From Acidimicrobiia bacterium (GTDB lineage: Bacteria > Actinomycetota > Acidimicrobiia > Spongiisociales > Spongiisociaceae), in contig JBFGLM010000006.1 of assembly GCA_041576165.1 (NCBI GenBank), positions 74,458-138,457 of the forward strand: a stretch of DNA of 64,000 nucleotides. Reading direction: 5' to 3'. Positions 56,848 through 64,000 of this stretch are shown here, piece after piece. How positions within the stretch are numbered: the first letter of the stretch is position 1; the number at the start of each line of letters is the position of its first letter. Under the pieces are notes generated by a model. That model was not told where the DNA came from and did not search any database. It worked only from the letters and a program-made list of their open reading frames with translations. Made by a program: the position numbers and the translations under genes.

Positions 56848-57591
56848 TCAGGCCCGCCAGCGACTGAGGGTTGCCTCGATGTCGGCGCGTACCCGCTCCA
56901 GCAACTCGTCGGCGTCTTCATCCGGAGAACGCTTGATCGGATCGCCGAAGTACACGTTGACGGTGGTGCCGAAGGGGACGGGCAACATATTGTGTACCAG
57001 CAACTTCCACGCTCCGTCCACTGCGGCGGGGACGATCGGCAACTCGTCGGCGGCTTTCATCAGCGTGAGCGCGCCGGCTCGCTTGAACTCACCGAGCCGC
57101 CCGTCGCGACTCCGAGTACCTTCGGGGAATATGACCACGCTGACGTCCCGCTCCTGGGCCGTCCCGGCCATCTCCTTGATCGCCCGCAATGACTGGCGTC
57201 GATCATCGCGGTCGATCAGCGCATTGCCGCCGCGTGTCAGGTTCAGCGAAATCGAGGGCAGCCACCGGCCCAGCTCCCGTTTGGCGACGTACTTCGGGAA
57301 GTTCGTGAACAGCAGGCCGCCGATGATGGCGATATCGAACATGGACTGGTGATTGGAGATGATCAGGTAGCCCGTGTTCGGCTGTATCTCCGGCGAGCGC
57401 TCCACGCGGATCCTGGTGCCCGCCACCCGGTAGATCCACACGATCGAGCGCTGTAGCGACGCCATCACAGTCTCGAAGGGGCGCTGTCCGAAGAGCAGGG
57501 CGATGCGGCCGGCGATGTCGTGTAGCACGAGCGTCGCGCCGAACAGAAGGAGCAGCGGGATCGTGACGATCCAGTTGCGAACCGTCCTCAC
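56848..57591 (-). CDS. Lysophospholipid (1-acylglycerol-3-phosphate) acyltransferase family
   Basis: NHQSMFD and FPEGTRS motifs. Confidence 0.9.
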   Translation of the reverse strand: MRTVRNWIVTIPLLLLFGATLVLHDIAGRIALLFGQRPFETVMASLQRSIVWIYRVAGTRIRVERSPEIQPNTGYLIISNHQSMFDIAIIGGLLFTNFPKYVAKRELGRWLPSISLNLTRGGNALIDRDDRRQSLRAIKEMAGTAQERDVSVVIFPEGTRSRDGRLGEFKRAGALTLMKAADELPIVPAAVDGAWKLLVHNMLPVPFGTTVNVYFGDPIKRSPDEDADELLERVRADIEATLSRWRA

Positions 57592-57636
57592 CGTTACCGC
57601 CGTCCGACTCGATCGTTGGTCATGATCACTCCCCTG

Positions 57637-58440
57637 CTACTCGTTCCACGGCCCACCCGACCCGCGCTCCTGCATGACGTCCCGCAGGACGTCTGGGCGG
57701 TCCGTGATGATCCCGTCAACCCCGAGATCTAGCAATTCGACCATGCGCTCGCGGTCGTTCACGGTCCAGACGTGGACCTGTTTGCCGGATTCGTGGGCGG
57801 CGCGCACCGTCCGCTCGGTCACAACTTGGATGGGCCCCGCTCGCGCGGGGACTTGGAGGGCATCCGCCTGCATTCGGGTCGCCCGTCCGGTTCGGGCCGC
57901 GGTCAAGAACCGGGCCGTCTCTGCCGGGCCCGAAGACGTGGCCACCCGCCCCTCGGCGATGGTGCGGAAGCGGCGCAGGCGTCGGTCGCGGAACGACCCC
58001 ACTATCACCCGGTCCCAGGCCTTGCGCCGAGCGATGAGGTCATGCAGCGGCGCCTCGATACCCCCTGCCTTGAGGTCGAGAGTGAGGATCACGTGCGGGA
58101 AGGACAGAAGGAGCTCATCGAGCGTCGGGATCCGGACGCCGCGACCTCGCTGTGGATGGTCGTGTTCCGGTGAGAAACCATAACCGGCGTCCAGCTGTTG
58201 CAGGTCCTCGAACGTGTGCTCCACCACCGGGCCGCTCCCATCGGTGGTGCGCTCCAGCGTTGGATCATGACATGCCACGAGCACACCGTCCCGGGTCGCC
58301 TGGATGTCGGTCTCGAGGTAGCGAAAGCCCAGATCGATTGCGCCCTGGAACGCAATCATCGTGTTCTCTGGCCACAGCGTTTGGCTGCCTCGATGGGCCA
58401 TGGCGATTGGATGTTCACCCGACAGCGCGGGTTTGGTCAC
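57637..58440 (-). CDS. Glycerophosphodiester phosphodiesterase
   Basis: AHRG, PENT, ETD, HD.TL.RTT, WTVND and GIITDRP motifs. Confidence 0.93.
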   Translation of the reverse strand: MTKPALSGEHPIAMAHRGSQTLWPENTMIAFQGAIDLGFRYLETDIQATRDGVLVACHDPTLERTTDGSGPVVEHTFEDLQQLDAGYGFSPEHDHPQRGRGVRIPTLDELLLSFPHVILTLDLKAGGIEAPLHDLIARRKAWDRVIVGSFRDRRLRRFRTIAEGRVATSSGPAETARFLTAARTGRATRMQADALQVPARAGPIQVVTERTVRAAHESGKQVHVWTVNDRERMVELLDLGVDGIITDRPDVLRDVMQERGSGGPWNE

Positions 58441-58501
58441 GACAGATCCTCCAGATCATGCGCCAGTGTAGGGAGCGGCTGGTGGCGAACGGCTCGGCCG
58501 G

Positions 58502-59851
58502 TCAGCTTGCGACGAGATCGCCGTTCTTGAAGACCTTCCAAATCAGTGGGTCGTCCGGCCGGTAGGCAAGATGCGACGGATCGTCGGCATCCAACACGAC
58601 CAGATCGGCGGCCGATCCGTGCCCGATCCAACCTTTGTCGGGTTCTTCAAGAGCCAGGGCCCCGCCCCGAGTTGCACTCCACAAGGCCTGATCAGGTGTC
58701 AGACCCATCTCCAGCACTCCCAGCGCCACCACGAACGGCATCCGGAAGACATAGGCGGAGGATGGGTGGCACCCGCTGGCGAGTGCCACCGGCGCACCCG
58801 CCATCCACAACGCCCGACCCGGTCCTGGACGGCGCCGCCGGACGAAAGCCTCTGCCGGGGTCAGCACCGGGATCTGGCCGCCTTCGGTGAGCAACGCAAC
58901 GTCCTCGGGCGTCATCGCCACCAGGTGCTCAACCGCAACGGCGCCGACCGCGGCAGCGATTCTCACCGCCTCGGTGGCGCGCTCTGGTCCGGTGCTGACA
59001 CGCAGGCGCAGCCCCCGGCGCCTGGCTTCGTTAAGGACCAGCCGGGCGTCGGAGGCGGAAAAGATGCCGTCCTCACAACCGATGCTGCAGTACACGGCCC
59101 CGGCCGCGCATTCGGGGAGAATCTCCGCAACGAAGTCCTCCACATAACCTTTGGGACCGTCGGGATGGCGCAACGCTCCGGCCGGGGCCGCATGGAGGGT
59201 CGTAACGAGATCAACTGGCTGGCGCCGCTCGAGGCTGGCGGCGATGGCCAGCAGGCCGGCTTCGCCGCCCGCCGAGCACCCGAAACTCGTCTGGATCTCG
59301 GCAGTGGTGGTGCCGCTCGCCAGCATCGATCGCAGCCGGTCGAAGGCGGCCGCCTCAATGGCTTGCGGCCCGGCTGCTTCGTTCGCAATCGCGACTGCGA
59401 CGGGACCGCCCCCGGCCAGCATCACTTCTTCATCCGAGGATCCAAAAAGCCGTCGCTGGTGATCCCGCAAACGGTGGTCGGCGAACAGCAAGTGCGTATG
59501 TGCGTCCACAAACCCGGGAATCACCGCCCGGCCGCCGCAGTCCAGCGCCGGTAGGTGATTGAGGCCTTGGGGCAGCCGTTCCGCCGGCCCCGCCCACAGC
59601 ACGGACCGGTCCCGGATCGCCACCGCCGCACCCTCGACCCGTCCGACGACCCCCGGGAAACGCCGGTCGTTGGTTGCCAGGACCCCGATGTTGCAGAGCA
59701 CCATGTCTCCAACCGGCGTCGTCCGTTCTCGCACGAGCTCGGACGCCAGGCTGACGCACTCGTGGCATATGGCGACCCGTCCCGGGCCGCCAATCATCAC
59801 ACCGGCCTGCTCCTCGGTCTTGCCACAGAAATTGCATATGCCCTGCGCCAT
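58502..59851 (-). CDS. ClpX-type C4 zinc finger fused to an imidazolonepropionase (HutI)-like amidohydrolase with altered metal ligands
   Basis: CNFCGK...MIGGPG.VAICHECV, then PGFVDAHTHLLF, GTTTAE and G..ADLVV. Strand-5 His and strand-8 Asp positions read RVSTG and ASGCHP. Confidence 0.8.
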   Translation of the reverse strand: MAQGICNFCGKTEEQAGVMIGGPGRVAICHECVSLASELVRERTTPVGDMVLCNIGVLATNDRRFPGVVGRVEGAAVAIRDRSVLWAGPAERLPQGLNHLPALDCGGRAVIPGFVDAHTHLLFADHRLRDHQRRLFGSSDEEVMLAGGGPVAVAIANEAAGPQAIEAAAFDRLRSMLASGTTTAEIQTSFGCSAGGEAGLLAIAASLERRQPVDLVTTLHAAPAGALRHPDGPKGYVEDFVAEILPECAAGAVYCSIGCEDGIFSASDARLVLNEARRRGLRLRVSTGPERATEAVRIAAAVGAVAVEHLVAMTPEDVALLTEGGQIPVLTPAEAFVRRRRPGPGRALWMAGAPVALASGCHPSSAYVFRMPFVVALGVLEMGLTPDQALWSATRGGALALEEPDKGWIGHGSAADLVVLDADDPSHLAYRPDDPLIWKVFKNGDLVAS

Positions 59852-59986
59852 CGGGCAGAGCTTGCCAGGTACTCCTGAATACTGGTGGAAATGCGGCCGT
59901 TCGATCCTGATCGGCTCGAGCGCGACCTCGGTCCGCCCGCTGCTGCGACCCGCCCTCAAGCGATTCCGGGCCCGCCCCGGCGCAAG

Positions 59987-61117
59987 TCATGACATATAGC
60001 CGGCAATGGTGGAGCGCAGGTAATCCATGGCGGCGTCATATCCCCGGATCGCCTCGGTAACGGTGTACGTGAGGACGCGGGATACCCACGCCCGGAACAG
60101 GAGCTCGCGCCAGGCGTCGTCGGTCGGGTCGGCATGTTGCAGAAACACGGGGTAGACGTCGCCCCACAGCGGCGCGTCCAGAAAACCCAAGCGGGGATAA
60201 TCGCGCCCAGCCGCCATACCCTGCCGGAACTCCGGCGGGAAGAGGTCCAGCAGGGAAAGCTGGGCGTCGGTCCAGCCTTCCCGAAGTAACCCGACCGTGT
60301 CCTCGATCGAATACGCGACCTTGCGCCGGACTTCCTCGTCGACGCCGGTCGGCGGCTCCACTACGTGACCGGAACCGGCTGGAATCTCCAGCGCCCGATG
60401 GGCCTGAATGACTCCGAAACATTCGACCGTCATGTCCTTGATGTCGGTCAGGGACCCGTACAGCTTGTGCAGCTTGCCTTGCGGCATGTAGATCTCGCAC
60501 AAGGCATGGCCATCGGCCACGATCGCCATCGTCAAGCGGGTGTCGATCCCCCAATCGGACTGGGTCTTCACTCCGGTGTCGGCCACCAGCTGCGCCGCCA
60601 CCTCACGGGTGAGCAGCAGCTCGCCTCCCAACGGCTGCTCGATGTGAGGCAGCACCGAGTCGGGCCAGAGCAGCGCAAACCCGACCCGGGTGATGAACCA
60701 GGTGATCATGGCGTCCGTTGCGGCCCGCGGGTAGTAGTGACGGACGACCGGGAAACCTCGATCCGCCGCGGCCTCGGCCTTGCTGATCCAATCTCCCCCG
60801 AAGCTGGTGATGTCGGCGTCGTAGAAGTGAATACGCTCGTGCCGGGTGTGCTCGACGAACCACGCCAGCCCCGTGTTCATCGCGTCGCCCTTGCCGGGAC
60901 GCAGGGTGCCGATGCGCCGTTGCAGGATCAAGCGGACGGGCGTGCCCGTCTTGCGTTCTATTTCGGGCGCCGCCTCTTCGATCGCTGCGTAGGCGGTGTC
61001 TCTGTCGCTCCCGACACACAAGACCTCACGGACTCGCTCCTGGGCTGCGGCCGTCCGCACATTCGCTAAGGCGACGCGTGGATCTTCCTGTTTGAACGGG
61101 AAGACGACCAACGACAC
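59987..61117 (-). CDS. mgs: Mannosylglycerate synthase (GT78, single-step pathway)
   Basis: MSLVVFPFK, LRPGKGD.MN, HFYDADI, TDAMITW, QPLGGE, DWGID and K.H.LYG motifs closely follow the Rhodothermus marinus MGS as I recall it. Confidence 0.88.
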   Translation of the reverse strand: MSLVVFPFKQEDPRVALANVRTAAAQERVREVLCVGSDRDTAYAAIEEAAPEIERKTGTPVRLILQRRIGTLRPGKGDAMNTGLAWFVEHTRHERIHFYDADITSFGGDWISKAEAAADRGFPVVRHYYPRAATDAMITWFITRVGFALLWPDSVLPHIEQPLGGELLLTREVAAQLVADTGVKTQSDWGIDTRLTMAIVADGHALCEIYMPQGKLHKLYGSLTDIKDMTVECFGVIQAHRALEIPAGSGHVVEPPTGVDEEVRRKVAYSIEDTVGLLREGWTDAQLSLLDLFPPEFRQGMAAGRDYPRLGFLDAPLWGDVYPVFLQHADPTDDAWRELLFRAWVSRVLTYTVTEAIRGYDAAMDYLRSTIAGYMS

Positions 61118-61169
61118 GAGATAGCAGTGGAAGCGGCCGCTTACGGGCCCGAACCGGCCTTGGCGGTGC

Positions 61170-61577
61170 TCACGGATTCACCAGATATACGGTCAACGAG
61201 AGGTCCGCGCCCTCGCCTCGACCGACCGCAATGCCTACCGCAGTGTTCAAGAACTCCATATCCTCATTCGCAGTCTCGAACGTGAGCAGTTCCCGAGGCT
61301 CCGCCACGCCCCGCTCGGGCACCACGCTCACTCCGGAGCCCCGATACGCAACGGTGCCCTTCCCTTCACCCATCCTGGCCCGGATGTCGAGGTTCATGTT
61401 GCCGTCGCCCCGGACGGTGACGTAGTCCACGCCGCGCACAGGCAGCTCACCTTCCCAATGGGGCCCCCGGGCGGTTCCTTCAAACGGGATATCCATTCGG
61501 GTACCCGACGGCACATTCCCGATCATCTCGAACTGCATCCTCAGGTCGATCGTGCAGAATTCCTCGAGTCCGGCCAT
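61170..61577 (-). CDS. DUF3237-like beta-barrel protein
   Basis: IG.VP.GTR, GVDY..VR.DG..LD.R and FETA....EFLN..V motifs. RBS AGGAG. Confidence 0.75.
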   Translation of the reverse strand: MAGLEEFCTIDLRMQFEMIGNVPSGTRMDIPFEGTARGPHWEGELPVRGVDYVTVRGDGNMNLDIRARMGEGKGTVAYRGSGVSVVPERGVAEPRELLTFETANEDMEFLNTAVGIAVGRGEGADLSLTVYLVNP

Positions 61578-61688
61578 GTCACTCCTCCTTGGAGGGCAAG
61601 ACGCTAGCGAAACTGGCGCAGCCGCCGCGTAGTCGGGTCCGCCCGAACGGGTAACTTGCCGGCGGCCGGCTAGCCCGATTGGAGCGCA

Positions 61689-62354
61689 GTGCCCGTAGAA
61701 CCAGAACCGAGTGGGTGGCGCTTCCCCGATCCTGAGGACGCAGGCAGCGAGGATCTGGTCGGAGTCGGAGCCGATCTCGAACCCGGCACGATCCTTGCTG
61801 CGTACCGGGGCGGGATCTTCCCGATGCCGGTCGAATCGGGCGGACCGATCGGCTGGTGGTCGCCGGAGCCCCGCGGCATCCTGCCGCTGGAGAACCTGCG
61901 GGTGACGCGTTCGCTTCGGCGTTCCCAGCGCCGTTACCGGACGACGATCAACCACTCCTTCGAGGCAGTCATCGCGGCCTGCGCCGACCCGGATCGGCCT
62001 CATGGATGGATATCCCCCGAGATCATCGTGGCGTATGAGCGTCTGCACGAGCTGGGGTGGGCGCATTCGATCGAAACCTGGTCGTGGGAAGGCGAGCTGG
62101 TCGGTGGCCTGTACGGGATCGCCATAGGCGGACTGTTTGCCGGAGAGTCCATGTTTCATCGGGCTGCGGACGCCTCAAAGGTGGCGCTGATCCGGCTGGT
62201 GTCCGAGCTGCGCCGCGGCGGTGCCCGGCTACTCGACGTGCAATGGGCCACCGAACACCTCCGGTCGCTGGGTGCGGTCGAGGTCTCCCGATCCGAGTAT
62301 CTTCGACGGCTCCAGGCGGCCCTGGAGGTGCCGGTGCCGGACGTGTTCACCTGA
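61689..62354 (+). CDS. aat: Leucyl/phenylalanyl-tRNA--protein transferase
   Basis: AYRGGIFP, WWSPEPR, WI, AHS.E.W, GGLYG, GESMF, DASK and LDVQ motifs. Confidence 0.95.
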   Translation: MPVEPEPSGWRFPDPEDAGSEDLVGVGADLEPGTILAAYRGGIFPMPVESGGPIGWWSPEPRGILPLENLRVTRSLRRSQRRYRTTINHSFEAVIAACADPDRPHGWISPEIIVAYERLHELGWAHSIETWSWEGELVGGLYGIAIGGLFAGESMFHRAADASKVALIRLVSELRRGGARLLDVQWATEHLRSLGAVEVSRSEYLRRLQAALEVPVPDVFT

Positions 62355-62382
62355 ACCTGTGTCTACCCTCGGCGGCCGACCC

Positions 62383-63516
62383 ATGGAAGCAGTGAAAACC
62401 CCGACGCTGATCATCGGAGCCGGACCTTCCGGACTGGCCATCGGCGGGCGGCTGCGGCATCGGGGGCTCGCCTTCGAGATGATCGAAAGGTCCGACCGCA
62501 TCGCGCCCGCCTGGCATGCGCACTACGACCGCTTGCGGCTGCACACCGTCAAGGAGCTCTCCGAGCTGCCGCACCTGCCGTTCCCGGTCGACTATCCCCG
62601 CTATGTGGCGCGGGCGTCGCTCATCGAGTACTACGACGCCTATGCCGACCACTTCGGGATCCATCCCCATTTCGGGGAGACTGCATTCGCGGTGCGGCGT
62701 AACGGCGGCCAATGGTGTACGACCACCTCGGGCGGTCGCGAGTTCCGGTCGACCTCGGTTGTGCTGGCCACCGGCGTGAACCGGGTCCCCCACCAGCCCG
62801 AGTATCCCGGCATGACCAATTTCAGGGGCGAGATTCTCCACAGCCGCCAGTATCGGAACCCGCAGCCGTTCGTCGGTCGCCGGGTGCTGGTGGTTGGGAT
62901 GGGCAACACCGGCGCCGAGATCGCGCTCGACCTGTGCGAGGCGGGTGTGAGCACGACAATATCGATCCGCGGTCCGGTCAACATCGTGCCCCGCGACGTG
63001 CTCGGCCGTCCTACCCAGCTCACCGCCCGGATGCTGGCCAGGCTGCCCGAGCGGTTGGGTGACCAGATTGGGGTGCTGCTACGCCGCCTAACCGTGGGGC
63101 GGCTCGCTCGCTACGGGATCGCCACTCCCGATCTGCCGCCACTCGCCCAACTTCGCATCCACGGCAAGACCCCCGTCATCGACGTTGGGACCGTGGCTGC
63201 GATCAAGTCCGGCCGGATCTCCGTCCTGGGGGCCATCCAGCGTTTCGACCAGAACGAGGTGGTGTTCGCCAGCGACCGGCGCGTGGCGTTCGATTCGGTG
63301 ATATTCGCCACCGGCTACCGGGCGCGACTGGAGGATCTCCTGGACGACACCACCGGCCTGTTCGACCGCAACCACGTGCCGGCGTCAGTGATCGGAACCG
63401 GGCGGTACGCCGGCCTCTACTTCCTCGGCTTCGACAACTATCAGCCGGGCGGCATCCTCGGCACCGTCCACCATGACTCGGAGCTCGTGGCAGACGCGAT
63501 CGAGCGGGGGCCGTAG
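62383..63516 (+). CDS. Flavin-containing monooxygenase (FMO/YUCCA-like)
   Basis: GAGPSG, W..HYD.L.LH, F.G...HS..Y, GMGNTG and ATGY motifs. Confidence 0.9.
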   Translation: MEAVKTPTLIIGAGPSGLAIGGRLRHRGLAFEMIERSDRIAPAWHAHYDRLRLHTVKELSELPHLPFPVDYPRYVARASLIEYYDAYADHFGIHPHFGETAFAVRRNGGQWCTTTSGGREFRSTSVVLATGVNRVPHQPEYPGMTNFRGEILHSRQYRNPQPFVGRRVLVVGMGNTGAEIALDLCEAGVSTTISIRGPVNIVPRDVLGRPTQLTARMLARLPERLGDQIGVLLRRLTVGRLARYGIATPDLPPLAQLRIHGKTPVIDVGTVAAIKSGRISVLGAIQRFDQNEVVFASDRRVAFDSVIFATGYRARLEDLLDDTTGLFDRNHVPASVIGTGRYAGLYFLGFDNYQPGGILGTVHHDSELVADAIERGP

Positions 63517-63846
63517 CTCGGGAGACCAGCACCGGCCGGGGGCGCCAAAGGGGGCGCAGCGTAGGTGCACCCAGGGCTCATCATCGAATCGGATCCTTGC
63601 GCCGCATAGCGATGTACGACGTGCCAAGGCCCTTGGTACAGAAACGCCGGCAGAGCCCCACACGCCTCGCGCCAGGCTGGACCGGTCCGCCCGGGGGGGC
63701 CGCTGCGCAGCAGGTGAGACCCCCACATTCCCTGCACCGGTGAGATGCGTCATTCATTCTCTCCGACGGACCGGGGGTCGATGCGTGTAGCGTCGGCAGG
63801 AGTCCGCCGCTGCGGGAGGCGGCGATCGAAATTGGGAGAGTGGATC

Positions 63847-64000
63847 TTGCTACAGATCACCATATCCAAGCGCGCCGCGCTGATCATCGGGTTGGCGCTG
63901 CTGCTGGCCATACCGGGTGTGGCAACGGCGACGCACATATTCACTGACGTCGTCGATGGGAGCACCCATGCGCCCGGCATCGAGTGGGTGGCCAACGCCG
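63847..64000 (+). CDS. Secreted SLH-domain protein, 5' part only (truncated by the window end)
   Basis: TTG start after GGGAGAG, signal peptide, then FTDV...STHAPGIEW typical of an SLH repeat start. Confidence 0.65.
   Translation, partial: MLQITISKRAALIIGLALLLAIPGVATATHIFTDVVDGSTHAPGIEWVANA

Noticed and set aside
63517-63846. Riboswitch or ncRNA in the long intergenic gap (also 30046-30392 and 40189-40365)
   Set aside because: Only short GC hairpins seen. I could not match any known motif by eye.
1-64000. CRISPR arrays, IS elements, integrases, prophage, rRNA
   Set aside because: No periodic repeats, transposase/integrase motifs, phage genes or rRNA signatures seen. Composition looks uniform.

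Overview
GC-rich chromosomal window, densely coding, most consistent with an actinobacterium. Acidimicrobiia-like affinity is an inference from the SLH proteins, F420-type LLM enzyme, Rv3654c-Rv3661-like tad cluster and many leaderless genes. I see no rRNA, tRNA, CRISPR array, transposase or prophage. Content: Na+-type membrane pyrophosphatase, LCP and SLH envelope proteins, DUF1998 helicase, DtxR regulator with an Fe3+-type ABC transporter, a Tad/Flp pilus operon, a pyrimidine-degradation operon with an F420-type LLM oxidoreductase, queuosine salvage plus ribokinase, a MocR cluster, an orphan histidine kinase, leuCD, hisC, mannosylglycerate synthase, aat and an FMO. The top finding is a gene the ORF track splits: 5224..4913 (-), a 103-aa HesB/IscA-like protein with two in-frame UGA codons. 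Each UGA is followed 19-20 nt later by a GGUC-looped SECIS-like hairpin, which makes it a candidate two-selenocysteine protein. Other leads: a LexA box in front of the tad operon, a ClpX-zinc-finger/degenerate-HutI fusion, a Rhodothermus-type single-step mannosylglycerate synthase, two candidate structured RNAs and a small secreted peptide ending GGSWS. All family assignments come from motif recognition by eye. No searches were run.
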